This document shows, in pieces, positions 28,001 to 42,745 of a stretch of 64,000 nucleotides of DNA. The notes under the pieces were generated by a model. That model was given only the letters and a program-made list of their open reading frames with translations, was not told where the DNA came from and searched no databases. This DNA comes from Balanoglossus misakiensis. Lineage: Eukaryota > Animalia > Hemichordata. The stretch is taken from NCBI GenBank assembly GCA_040954595.2, contig CM082589.2:2163498-2227497 (forward strand), given 5' to 3'. A program made the translations under genes and the position numbers. Every line of letters starts with the position of its first letter. The stretch's first letter is position 1.

Positions 28001-31000
28001 AGTTTACTGAATATGGATGTGGTACGCATGACATGCATACCATTAATGGTGACGGGGACAAAGTGGTTTGAATGCCGCCATTTTCCTAACTGTTTTGTTT
28101 TACACAGGATTTCAGTTATTACACCACGATTCACTCTCTTTCAACATCGCTGTCTTTAAAAGTGCGCCTGAAAGTTGTTGAAATTTAATATATCATGAAC
28201 AGGCTACTTACGTCATTTAATAGAAACTCTCCATATCAGAAAACAGGAACGATTCGTCGGGCCGACGTCAAAGAAACGCCGACAGAGTCGCAATATTATT
28301 TTATCGAGTGGACTCTCCATGATAATTTCTCTTTCATATTTCAAGTATTCATCGTGATGAAAACTGTGTCCAATAGCCGATATTATTGCCTATACGGGGT
28401 TTAATTACTTTAAATTTAGTAAACAGGATACGAGTCTGTCGCTTATATCCTCTCTTTCATATCTTTCAACTAGTAAAATGAAACTGAATGGAATTCCATG
28501 GAACGTGTTGTGTTATCGGTGCCATACTGTCGCACAACGAACATTTGAAAGCGAGTAGGAGAATTCCTGTTTATGATGTTGTCTGTGGGACGCATAGTGG
28601 TATTCAGTGAAAAATTATATTGCAAAATATTCACAAGGATTAAAGTGGTAATTCTAGCCTCCAGAACGACAATGCTAATATCTGCATTTAGTGAATCTTT
28701 TAAAGATTTTTTTTCAGGTATAAACAAAGCAACAATGTACTAAATATTATGAACATGCTTACTGTTATTTTTAAAAATCCAAAGTGCTTGAATAGGGCGT
28801 AAAAAACAATGTGGTGACCACAATAGAAAAATGTTTTTCAGAGAAATCCGACCATGTGGAACAAGCAGTACAGCGCTTCAGCGGATGTATTCAAACCGGA
28901 TGTGTAATCTGCCGTGTTAACATGGCGCCATCTGCAGGGATCTATACTCAGCTTGCTCGGCAACACATCGGAGTTTAGAACAGTGAATGAGATACTTCAA
29001 CCAGACTGTGTTCCTTTCCCTATAGCTTGCTTTTTGTGTTGGCACATAAATAGTGTTTCCGTAATTCCATGTTATATATGGGGCGTGTCTCTCTTTACGT
29101 AAATGACAGTGCAAAACTGCTTCCTGAGCTTTCACTGCGTTAGAATGACCGAAATAAATTGCATTGGCTTTATCAATTCTATGGATTACTATATTTTCTG
29201 TATCAATTAATATTTCACTAGTACCAAACAACATGCGCTTAGCAGCTATCCGGGTGAAAGGTCGTTGCTATTGAGATATTATTGGACTTTTCCTATCGAT
29301 TGTTAAAATGGCTACCTGTATCTGTAGCTTTACTCTGAGTGCCATTACAGCTTTTCAACGCAAAATTGGCGCCACTTACAGACATCTTAAAGTCTCCTCA
29401 CGTGTATATCCAGGTTCCAATTAGCCTTTCTCTTCAATGTGTGTAGTACTTTGGGGATTTCTGAAATAGAGTCATTATCAAAACCCTGGCACTTCACACG
29501 CAAGGTCTGACAGTGATTTTTTAGTTGACATCACTATATTGGATAAATAGGCAGTTGGAATTTGAGACAGCCTTTCCATGCAAATCTCATGTCTGTCTGT
29601 CTGCAGAAAGCTCAGAATTAACTTCACTGTCAGTGAGTTTCAGAGCACCGCAAAAAATGCGAATCGTGAAAGGACGCTAATATTTTTAAAGGTTAAAGTC
29701 ATAGAAAGGTTGACGATGCATTATAGTGGTGGCATTTGTGCCGGTCACACGTGTTGCGAAAACCAAGCATGTATCTCACGTAAATGTTACCGGGTTATGA
29801 CAACTTATACTTTTTCTTTGTGTCGTCTGTCCATCAGACAATAGTGAACTGATGCGTACAGAGCAGCAGGTTGGCACAAGTCCCCCTCGATTATATATTT
29901 GTGTATAGCACGCTTATTCTACAAATAAAAAAGCGGATTAGCAACGCACATGTAAATACATGTTTGGACAGCTAGATTTACGTGCATGCATCTGACTGCG
30001 AAAACCATCAATTGTATATTCATCCCTTGGGTTTATTCAAAGGCGCCTGGTCATGTAGCTATAGTTTTCAAGAAGTCTGTTTTGTGTTAGGCGTCCCAAA
30101 TGGTGGCATTCAATCTACAAAACATTCGCAATTAATTTGAAGTGATTCTCTGAACACAATCGTCATGAGACGTGGAAAGTATGTAATGTGTTGAACTTCG
30201 TCGGCTGTGTCAGGGCTGACTACAGCAACGCGTTCGGGGAGAATGGTTTGAAAGACCTTGTTACACCTCCCTGGAGAGGAGACTTCTTTCGTGGAGTTAT
30301 TGTCAGTTTGTATGGATTTCCTTGTAGACGTTTCTGCGAATAACATAAAGCTATCTGCATGAGTGGCAATGGGAAAGTCATGGTGACACTTCTACTAAGT
30401 CAAATCCACAGGCCTTAAAATTTATTCTTATTGTGGTTCACTTGAGAAATGTCAGGCTGTAGATGATTTTTCTCTGTTGGAGTTAATCCTAAGAGAAACA
30501 GATATCGTAAAAAGAAACAGCTGTATCTGGCATCAGTTTCTACTCATGAATTAAACGGGTTGGTTTAAAATAAAACAGGAAATTTATCACATGATATTCA
30601 TTCTGCTTTGACAAGAAAACTGAGCAAACTCCCAAAATTTCGAAGGGTCAAAAGGGCATCCAATGTCAATTCTTTTACAGTCGTACCTATCCATCTATGT
30701 TTCGCTGTCGTTCTACCTAACCGAACCTTTATTCGACGTACCAATCAGTCTAAATGCTACACCAATTAGCGTACTACTACTAGGCTAATTAGTTGACAGC
30801 GCCCCGATATAACTAGATTGATAGCCACATTAGAGTTACAAGCGCCTGTTTCCATCCGTAATGTGCGCTGCCTTGCAAAACCCATGTCGATACCCAATTC
30901 TTGCCCAAAATTGATTAATTGACCATCAACTTATCATGAATGGTCGAATGGATATAAAATAACCGAGAGTAAATAAATGGAGGATGAAAAATACGACCAT

Positions 31001-31817
31001 TATTAACCTATAGATGGAAATCGTAAAATATAAGCATTGATTGATTTGAGGGTCTTGGTACACAGAGCACAAGTAGCAAAATAGTGATTCCTTATAAATG
31101 TAGATAGATATTAGCGATGTTTATAACATCTCTAGGGTAAGCCAAGAGACATTTGAGAAAGATTAAACGTCTAAGCAGCAAAATGCGTTCTTAATATGTC
31201 GGGCATTCACTAGCTTATTGGCAGTGATATGCTTTGAATGTCTGCTTCGAAATATATGATTTGTTTTAGTTTGCAGGGATAAAATCATCATCCGCGGACC
31301 TCGTCGACGAGAATTGTTTCCACTTTTAAGACGTCGGTGTCAGATAATTATCAGTTAACTCCACCCCTTACCGTCTGCTCCTCGCTCAACAACGTTAATG
31401 GGGTTACTAAGCTGGCAGTGAACTGTCACTATGTCCATAGTCTATTTTTATCCTTGGACAGTTTCCAAGCAAGCACTTGAAATCTCTAAAAGTTTTCAAT
31501 GGGTTTTGTCAATTCCTTACTCAAAAATCAGACTCAGTATGAAAACGAGAAATTTCTACGCCATGAATTCTGTTAACGGCCCACTTTCATCTGCCAGGGT
31601 CATTGTGTGGGATAATGCCACTCATGACTACGCTTTGATGGAATATAAACGTGCTGAAGTGCGTCTTACACACACGTTATCTCAGACATACACAATTAGG
31701 TTGCAGACATGCTTACTCCACTGGAGTATAGTGCCTCTTAGGCTCTTACTTGTGTTGATTGATCGTTGAAGTCTCTGGGCCATTGGCAAACTGGTTTCAA
31801 TAGCAAGGCTTGCGAAG

Positions 31818-31849
31818 CAAAAATATTACAGACAAAAATATTACAGACA
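31818..31849 (+). repeat. 15-bp tandem duplication
   Basis: caaaaatattacaga occurs twice (31818-31832, 31833-31847), followed by ca. Confidence 0.9.
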
Positions 31850-34800
31850 GAACTAGCACGGGAAAAAGCACAGGTCAGCGAACCTCAATGCGGCGAAGAA
31901 GGTTCACACACTTCAGATGTTCGTGTCATACAAAGTCAATTGCGAAGCAGATAGAATTTTCACACGGGAATACCGCAATCAGGGTACTTGCAGGCAAGTT
32001 GAACGAATCATTTGGTGAAAACATTTTCTCCTCGAATTACTGATTACAGACACTCTAGGCACAAAGTCAACAGATTGGATGGATTGGATGAGATGCCCCT
32101 GCTACGGTGCCTGACAATAATGAAAGCAAAAATAAAACTTCTCTGAATGTAAAACAGACTTTTACCTAATATGAATTATTGCTGTAATTCACCAATTAAG
32201 CTTAAGACGAAATTCTGGTAATTGAATATTTAATGGTAAGCTAATCCCAAACGTACAATATTTCAATATGCCAGACTCTGTTGTATCAATTACTCTCACG
32301 TCAATATCGGTATCCAGTCATTCCCATGTCCTGGTTTGTCTGTGCATGTCCAAATCCCGGTGCTCGATCACATAAATCTGCATATCTCATCATTTTTCAA
32401 AAACCTATTTGAAGACATTCCCCGGCTATCATAAATTCCACTGTCAATCCCACACCTGCCCTAACTATATCTTCACCTGCACCTTAATATCACCAAATGA
32501 CTGTTTTTTGTACCGACCAGTCTTGTCTTCTGCTATCGGCAAAAATAAGCTTACATCCATTCTTGAATATTATATGATGTATTCAGAATTTTTCTAGCAG
32601 AGGATTAATACTGCTTTAGAACCATAAATGTCAGGTATAACAAACATGGCAGAAAGTAATTATACGTACAAAGGTGGCACCGTATAGACATCTCTTTGAT
32701 CGAGGATTATGCGGGATCGTGTAAATCAATAGGCTTGCCAATTACTATTTTGCAAAAAAAAAGAGAATTATATTGGAATGCAATACGAGTGGACTGATAC
32801 GCCATATGTATAGAAATGAACAAAGCCGTTGCATATTTTTATATATCATATTTTAAATCCCCAGCTAGATGTATTTGATACTTTTATTTACATTATCAAT
32901 AGTAACTTGCGAATAGGTTTTATATTCTGGCAGTATATCACGCCATTTTAGCTCATGTTTCATTTTGCTATATAAAATACTTTTGCGACGATTAAGCAAT
33001 GTTCTGCTAGTTTGATTAGAAATTTCAAAAGACCGAGTTTCTCTTTTTAACCATGGAAAAACTCATGACAAACTATGTAATCCTTACAGTTAGAAAGCTA
33101 AACCATAAGACATAAACTACTACCGTATATCTTTGGGGGGTTTTCTCTTGCTGTATACATTTTGTCAATAAGCTTTCCCGGACACGGTGAGTATACCAGA
33201 CTTTTACGAGAACTTTCTGTGAGTGAAACCATCTGAACACTTAAATCCCAGTGACCCAGACACAGTCGATCGATTTCTGCCAATCCGACGCGCTTATTAA
33301 GAGGCACGTATATATTGTGTGATTCCTATAATATGCTTCCAAAAATAGAGTAGTTCGATAAAATGTTTTCTGCGATTCTACCTTTACTGGTGTATGTCTT
33401 GATGACGTAACAATGTTGTGAACAAAATCTCAACATAGCCATACAGTTACACGAAGCATCGTGTACAGGTATTATCTTCAAGCACTGTTCTATGAAATTT
33501 TACAAAAAAACACAACCCACAAAGGAAAGAACAGTGCATCACATTTGTAGAGAACGCATTGTGTTTGAATCAGTCCGGGCAACAGAAGGCAAACGGGCGC
33601 AAACATGCAACACATGTTGCCGTTTGACATTGAAAAAAAACTTTAGTGAAATGGAAGTCGTGGGTCAGGGAAAGGTCGCAACGAATTACATCGGGATTGT
33701 TTGATTGAAAGACGATGAAATAATGTCAGCCGTGTTTGCAATTTACAGAAAGTGTTCCATGGACTTATTGACTCCAGTAACTTCATTTCAATCCCCCCTC
33801 CCCCGAAATAAAAGGAACTGTCGTCACAATACCCAACCCAACATGTGGCAGGTACGAAAACCAATTCAAGAGGGTCTTTGCGTCGAATTTTTACCATACC
33901 GTAAAACAGTAGTGCTATATGAGTCATGGTTTAGGTTGAATTACTTCATCAGAGCTTTTTTGTAACAACTGTTTGTTTTATATATCAAGTGTAACCAACC
34001 CTTCCGGCGGATTGATAGAAATGAGGTTGGCACATGAGCATAAGGTCTGCCTGTGCCTAATGTGAGTTGCCTGGGTTTTTGCGGCGAGATCTACCGAACA
34101 GTTTGTTTTTTGTCGTTTCTGTCGTTAACGCGGGAAATGACTTGTAAATCACTGGAAAACATAAATTCTACTCACAGAGTTTCGGGTTCAGATCGAAGCA
34201 CAAAATCGAGCGAACGAAGTATTCCAACGACGAAGTAGCAGTAGCTATGGCTGCTTCAAATCGTGACGCGTATAGGATTGAATATCGCTATGCAGTGCAC
34301 ATCAATACACAGCCGCGTCTCATTTGCATATCAAGCGCGAGACAGTCTACTTTAAAATAGCGCATCGTTTGACTTTGCCGGCGCACGTCAAAAACATGTG
34401 TTTAAGAGCATTGAAAAAGCGCAATGGGGTCGCACCACTCGACCACGGAAGTGCTTAATTGTATAATTGCTTGCGAACGCGCCTAGGGAACATTACTGGA
34501 ACACTCACCATGCAGGTAATTGTTGTCTGTTCTATGAAGTCAGACCTGCAGGCTAGTTGAAATTGTTGTCTAGATTATCCTCGGACTCGGTAAGCGTATG
34601 TCATTGTCGCCGCCAATGTTCTGTTGGTGAACAGTAAAATTAATGCGATTACCCGCAAAATCATAACTACGACATAAAAATAAACGGAACAAAATTTAAT
34701 TGGTTCCATAGGATGTATAATTAATAGGATATCAATAACACAGACTGGTTTATGTGATGGCATTCATTTGGCCTCACTTCGCCGTCACTTCTGAGGAAAA

Positions 34801-35911
34801 TATACCGTTATCACCAGAGAAATAAATATCAGTAGTTTAAACTATTAGCGAGTCACTTTCAAAGAATAGGCGTCCTCATATAAACACGCAACAGGTTGCC
34901 CGTTAAAGCTATTTATACGTCTGGTGTTTATTTTGCGATGTCTATATTCTACAGCTGGCATTATTTGGCAATAGTTGTGGAGTAGGCAAGTAGAACCGGG
35001 TTGTTCTGAAATTCAGTGTGCCGCCTATTTAATGTACGAGGTTATGGGTACTCAAGTGCAATTATGAGTCTGCTCAGCTGCCGCACATAAGGTCACGCCA
35101 ATCGACATGAAGTGGTGACGGCAAAAGTGAAAAATACTTCGAGTGGTCGAAATTGATAGCGTTGGCCATCGACCACGTTCATGGATCTTGAAACTCCCTG
35201 AGATACTCGCATATACAGGTTTGTGTTACGACCAATGTTTATGTGAAAAAAAATATGACAAAAAACGTGACTTACCAAATGTCGCATCGATTCGGGAGAT
35301 GTGGTTGGCGTCTGACCATTTGAACGGAAACTGTAGTACAACAACCAGTTAAGAGTTTATGACCATTCATGTTAGTTCTTCAAAACATCGGACTGTAAAA
35401 CTTCTGTAACCCATGTGAATTACCTAGGCCAATATTAAAAGATGGCAGACAATGAAAGTCAATGAAAGTATGTCAACTTCATTTTTTTACAAAAGCAGAC
35501 CAGTGCTTCCTGATAAAGACGGGAACAGTAAAACCTAACATTAGCGGTAAAGTAATAATCCCATAACAGCATGCCATATATAAATATCAACGTGCATTAA
35601 GTCATATCTTTAATGATGTTTCATATATGAATAAAATTCTGTTTGTTGCTAAAATAGAGATCATATCCCTGATTAGCAACCTTTGATCTTTACAAAACAA
35701 ACTGACATGATGTATCAGTAATGTCGAGAAATGTTGATCTTACTATTTGTAAATATACAATATTCCACTGATTTGGTACATCTACGTTTTCAGATTCGGA
35801 CATTGTTTTATGATGGAATGCCAATATCATTGCGAATGATACGAGTTAATGATATCTGCTGCGTGTATAGCTCTTCAAACATTATGTCATCAGTGAAAAA
35901 AGCAGCCTAGT

Positions 35912-36003
35912 AGTATGTATGTATGTATGTACCGGTATGTATGTGTGTATGTACCCGTACATGTACGAAATGTATTTACATGTATGACATGTACATACAT
36001 GTG
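35912..36003 (+). repeat. Degenerate (GTAT)n / TACATGTA low-complexity repeat
   Basis: gtatgtatgtatgtatgtaccggtatgtatgtgtgtatgtacccgtacatgtac...catgtacatacatgtg. Confidence 0.8.
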
Positions 36004-39000
36004 TTTTCACTATGTCGCTAATTCTGAAATGGTTTATTATTTATAACTCACGTTAAGTTGAAGTGTGTGTAAATAGGTGTACGTTCCCTCTTATACAGAA
36101 TATATTCTTCCCAGCCATCACAAATGTATGCCATGCGCATCCTTGTTACCTAATAAACACTTCAGTGATTACACCATACGTTACATTTTATGAAAGTACG
36201 CCCCTGTCTGTGTTACTGAAAAGTAATTTTATATGAAGAGATTGTTTCCTAGGTTGCGTGCGGTAGCTTGATTCGTAAAAATGCAATAAAATTACTTGTA
36301 TCTACAGAACTGTACAAGTGAGAGCAACTGAAAGTATATACCCGGAATAAAAACAGACACGGTCCATCTGTCATGCTCCTGGTCATACGTGGTTGTCATT
36401 ATTGCTAGAGAGATTTAGAGACACGTACAGCTTTACGATTTTAGTACGGCTATACTTGTGTTGAAGGAGATTGCACATTTGTTTTCACAATTCCTTTACG
36501 CACACATGAAAACTGAATCGTGATTTTTCATCAGAAATATAACCTACTAAAGTACCTTGCAAATAAAGACTTAAAATTCGATCCTGAGTTATAATATTTG
36601 GAAACGTCGAGAACACTCTTAGAATATATTGAACACTCGCCTGGTGCACCCGGGTCGTTAGATCATTCACACTTTGGTGATTGAATCAATCATGCAACCC
36701 TAGTCTTCGCAATTAAGACTTGTTGATTCCGACAGTTATACGCTGCTGGGGTTACCGCAGCGGTTTATATACATTGAAATGTGGTCGGTAAAGTTATTAT
36801 TAGCAAGCCGGCAGAAGCTGAGCAAATGTTCGAACGAAATTAAAAAGATTAAATAATGAAACCCATTCAACCCAATCTTTCCTCTAGTGCCTATCATACC
36901 ACAGGACGTCATCTCTATGTTACAATACCACATATATTGATGGACCTTCGTCGTCGGTCTGAAACAAACGCGGCATATACAAACACTAACATATTGCTCA
37001 TTTATGTCTTGTCTCGTAAAAGAATAAGCCCATCTAAAGTATAATGTCATCCTGAAAGATATGCCCTCTTAAATGTTAGGCATGCAACGTTGTTTCATTT
37101 CAGTGATATGACCATTTATACAGATCTTATGCATGATGTATAGCTAATTGATCTGGTCGTCATGTGATTAATGCGCAGATTAGACTTTTGTGCTTTAATG
37201 AATACAAACTGAGCATACGTTATTGGTTACTCGCGGAAGATAGCAGGGATTGATGACTTCTGAACTTTCAAATTATCTATCCATCGTTAAAGTGCTCTTT
37301 GGTTATGTGGATAAGATGCCGTTTCCATGAGTTGCTGGAGTACCGTAGTTGATAGAAACGTAAAACATCCCCCGCGACCAAATTAAGCTACATTGTACTT
37401 TGGGCATAGCTACATTTCTGTGATATACAGGAAGGTCCTGAGAAGAATTTAAAAAGTTGTAACAAGAATACGTGTGTCTTACAGAGCCAGATAGTATGCT
37501 GAGATCTATAACCATCAACACCAGTTTCACATTGCATGTTGCAATTCAAATTCATTACACCTAGACAGGTGTTTAGTGCCTCCTAAGATGGTTTATTTGT
37601 AATCTATACCCTTGAGTAAATCTGACAGATTGTGAGCGTCGACAGTGTGTGAATACTCGCCTTATTTTTGTACTGACAATATACTCTTCAATTAAGTATT
37701 CCGTATCGGATAACGTAAACGATTTTTCGTGTAAAGAAAGGCAGTATTGTCCTTGAAGCCACAGGTATCTGAATACGTGTGTATGTACGTCGTTTCAATC
37801 AAAGCAATATTTCATTGCCCTTCTTTCTCTCCAGTATAAGGGGGACACTTTCAAACAGAACTAAGAATCGGCTACATCAGCAAAATCGTTACTAAGGCAC
37901 ATCATGTATCTTCATATAACCTTAATGACTTGCATTCACTTGAAATAGAATGACGACAGACTAGGGGTAACAGATGAGCTGACCTGGCTTAACCATTGAC
38001 TCCTATAACAGTAAATGATATCAATTACAAAACAGATTACCTATATCTCTCTGGCGTCGAGTTATGCCAACACTTTAGTGGTTTGGACGTGAAATCCTCA
38101 TCAGCTTCATTACGCCACCCGCATAAACACTAGGCAGGTTCTTCGGGCGTGTATCGGTTAAAACTCGAATCAACCGAGACGTCCCAGATAATTACCAGTA
38201 AATGGATTTCGATCAATTTTCCTGCCGAAGACGACTGTCTTATACGTGCGTCTTGCTTCCTTCGGGCTTCTCCGCGCATCGCTCCCATTAGCAGGGCAAT
38301 TTGACGAGGATTCGCCACAGCAAACACAATGGAATGATGAAAAGCCAATTTGTTTCTTTTAATGTCAATGATTGCCCCGGGACAGGATTTTCATTATCTC
38401 GTTATCTTTACTGTGTCAGTCAATGTTTGATGAATTGAGCGGCGTCGCCCGAATTCAAATGGGGGTGTGTGCCACGGACGGCTCGTCTCAGCTGCTTCTG
38501 CACCCGATTCATTTTTGCAATAATGTTGAAAGCTTTCCAATCGACCAAAAGGCTAAAGGCAAATGCTTTGATTTATTTTAAATGGCACGCATGGCAAGAT
38601 TATCGACACTTTCTATCTGCTGTATATTATATATATTTCTATTCAGTTTTCATTGTAGTTGTGTGAATTAGCAAGTATATATGATGCACAATGATGATAA
38701 GACAAAATGAATAATTAATGATTGACTATTTGGTAAGTACGTAGCATGAATTGGCCTGAAATTTAGTTTCACGTGTAATTTGAAGTAGATTGTACTCAGG
38801 GAGACGTCATGGTCAGTAAAGGTGGAATAATGCCCGTCAGTGACAACTCTGTGTTTATTATGGACTTGCATGTTCCGTACAGTGTACACTAGCAATCATT
38901 GTATGACCATTCCCCATCTTGCTATTGAAGTAAAAGATACGACAATCCGTTTGCTCCGATGGAACATAAGGATGAGCTGTAAACATTGGGGGCGCTATAA

Positions 39001-42000
39001 CACATGTCAGTGTATTGTTTCTTGTTCCCTTACGATCAAGGCGGTCAATGGCTTGAAACAAGCATTATTAACGTTCAATGAACATGATACCTTTTAAAAA
39101 TAAAATATAAATTGTGATCACGTTTGAAGTTTCAATAAAATATCGAATAATGGATCTGTTTCTGTTTAACAGCTCCGCAATCACCCTTAAACGCTCCGAG
39201 CACATAAATTTACTGCCGCAATTATTTGTCTTCAACTTTGTGATATCGCGCTCTTGTTTATTTGGTGAAATTAAAGTCAATTTTTGCATACGCAGTGTTC
39301 GAGTTATCGGCATTGGGGTGTACATTAATCGCAGTGTGGATTTTCTTGTAGTTGATTGTTTCATTGTCCATAAAAACTGCACTGTTATCCATCGCAATAA
39401 AGAGTTTAAAAATACCACCATAGATTAATAAAGAACAAAATAGTAAGAAGAATGACTCGAGCAAGCGATGAGTTCTATTACCTTTCTAGCTATAAATCAC
39501 TCTGACAAGTTATCTCCCATGTGTGTTGAAGTAATTTGAATGATGGCGTATATATCCACACATAGCTAATTAATTAAAAGAATACAATGAGGGTACACAG
39601 AACATCCAAAATTGTCTCGCAAAGTATAATTAACCTTAAACTACAATGTATGGTCTGACTACATGGGTACATGATGTATATCTATAGTCTTAGCTCAATT
39701 CACTTAAACATTTTAATTAGCCCAACACCGCACGTTGGTAGTCATATCAGTTACTGTGTGTATGCACGATTCGACCTCTGACCTATCGTATGTGGGCAAG
39801 CTGCGAGGAAAACAGTGCGCAGATCCATTCAACCCAGTTGGTTCAATAGCTGACTTAAAGATGTTGTAAATCCTGAGCACGTCCTCCCTACAAGACAGGA
39901 GTTCTATCCAACATGCACACGTTCACACTAACAACCAGTACATTGTCCAAATGCTAAATAGAATCATCGAAAATGAAGTCTTTATAGGACAGGGGCTGTA
40001 ATTTGTGCGCAATACAATATTTACCCGTACAGGTAAAGCCAGACACTTGTTGATTAGGTTGGTCTTAAAATATCTGCTTTGGTTCGCCTGTTCTTAATAG
40101 TTTAGAATAAAAACAAATAAGATTATCTCGAATATCATTTACTTAATCAATTTACGCTGTCACGTCCATCTGTTTACGACAGCCACTTTAAAATGTGCAG
40201 CATGTGGTTATAAAACTGCTCATTATGTTTTGAACCAACTATGCAACCATCCAACAGTAACTTTTATGCCCTAACTACAGAAAATTTAATTGTACACAAA
40301 TTTTTGCGGTTCCAATATCGGCTTCCATGGAAACCATTTTTTTCTCAAAGCTTCAACATCATAATAAGAATATCAAACACGTATCGTATCAAACGTCTTT
40401 TAATGGGCCAACTTTAATTTTAAATTTACAGAAGCCGAGACTATATGAATGTGCAAATTTTAAAAAAAGCTACCTGCTTTCGCTGGTGGATAATACTGTA
40501 GACCTACCTCCAGACTCGAACATAGACTAATAAAACCTTTTAGCGTAATTGAATTCACGACACCTTATATTCGTCATTACTGCCATAATGACAAACAACC
40601 GCGAACAGAATTGCTTCGAATATTCACCCAGCGGTAACAATATCAACAGCGATTACTGAACCAGCTTTTCGCTCCGTGACACAGCCTATACTTTTATATG
40701 GCAGCACTAAATTAAGTAACAAGTGAATGCAGCAGACAACTGAATCAGAAAAACACTTACTTTTTTTCTGCAGTCAGACGTGTATATGCACTAGGCGTGT
40801 ATGTACCTTTTCCATTAAAGGTAATCTTCACAAACGCCGAAAGATGGTTACGATATATAGCAGGAAGGGGGATAAGCCTAACTGGGAGTCTATTGGGATC
40901 ATCCCACACTTTCTTCTCCTTTCGGCGGACACAAACGCACATTCACAGCTCACTGGTGTTACCAGGGCGATGGGAAACGTTATCAACGATTTCTGAGAAA
41001 CACGTGACCCGGATGCCCGATCTACGCTTTCTACCCCTCTATACGAAGCACTGTCTGGTCAGGCTTCATTCAGCTGAATGCCGACTGATGGCGGCGATTG
41101 CACCAGTGCCCCCCAGGGTTAGCTATAATTAAGAACTCAAAGGTGATTTATGACGGGAGAATGACCCTCGCGGGTGAAATATTGTCTGCTCATTCTAACA
41201 GGCGTAAAATAACCACCAGCAGTGAGTTCCTATTACAAATGCATCGATTGTTTAAAGAAATGTGGTGTCCAGCATCGCAGCGTTACGTTGGGTATCATAT
41301 AATATAAATATTGTTCTCGATACATACAGTTTCTCAAACATATTAGCAGCATACATGTAGGTCTTTGGCAATATTCACTACTTTAATCTGTTACTGGTAA
41401 TTATTCCGGTCATCAAATTCTTGAATTTTTTTGGCACACGTTCCATCAACATTTGATCAAATTTTCACGAGATCAGTTTGTCTACAGTTTGCTTTATATG
41501 TCCATAAATTGAATTATAGGGTGACACATGAAATGACCCTTTCAGGAAATTAAATGCTCTTCTATAGCATTGATGTTGGCTGATGAACCGCTCCCTATTA
41601 TAAAATTATGTCACTAAAATTAAAAGATATTATCGTGTTAATAAACTGTATTGCGGTCTTATTGATATTTACTCCTAACGGACATTGACTGCACCATCTG
41701 TCTGTCTACCAGCCTGCTGACTCAGAAGTCAAGAACCACCACCGGCTGACTACAACAGAAAAAAAATGACCTTCACTTTTGTGATAATCTGTCTTGATGT
41801 CAAGTTCTATCAAAAGTTGCATTTACTAATGGTTAATGTGGACCTCCTCAGATCACGCGGAATCAATTAATTATCATTACCTTGAACATCACTGTGTGAT
41901 GTGCGCTTCGTCTCTAAGTAATTGGGAGAATAATCACATGTGGTACAGTTGGTCAAGTTTCCTGATTCATTATTGTTAATTACGGTATTCTTGAAAAGCC

Positions 42001-42745
42001 AAGTTGACTGCTAAATTAATGTAATAAGGGCGAAATGCGTCTCCTTCGATCAGACTTCGCTGTCACGTTTGTTTGTACGTAACTTCCAATGGATCATCTC
42101 CGCATGGGACTCTTTTTTTTTCAAATGTACACTTCACGAAGGTCCAAATTAAATATGGAATAATGATCAGTCATGTGGCGACATGTCGATCGCAGCGGAT
42201 GCCTAGAGTCAGTGAACTCTGCTTAAATGCGAGAGAAAATGTCAAAACTCTAACGTCCATTGACTGATCATAGTGGCCAAGGCGTGCACATTTATGCCAG
42301 AAATTATTATCCTTGCGTTTTTAAGTTTGACAGAAATGTGTTGAAATACATCCTAGAAATGGCCCCACACATGTGGACGTACTTTGTAATCGGTGATGTC
42401 AGGTAGATGACGTCCCTTATATTTATCTATGATTCACACAAATGCTTCTAATTGTCAGAAATACAGAAATAATTATTGGCGAGAATTTACCAACCAGAAA
42501 TAATACGCAGAACCATTTTTAAAGTGTCGTCGATCACTTTAAGAGACTTTGACTGACAGTGGCGTTTAAAATGGCTCCCATGGGGCGCGTAATTCGCTAT
42601 AGTCATACCACAATGGGGACGAACAAATTGAAAAGATGTGTCAGTTCACATGCAAAGTTATTGGCTTAATTTGAAATAAAAATACACTCGAACGTTCCTT
42701 TGCGATGGTCATTGTTTAGATTTGCATCTGTTTGGTGCCACTTAA

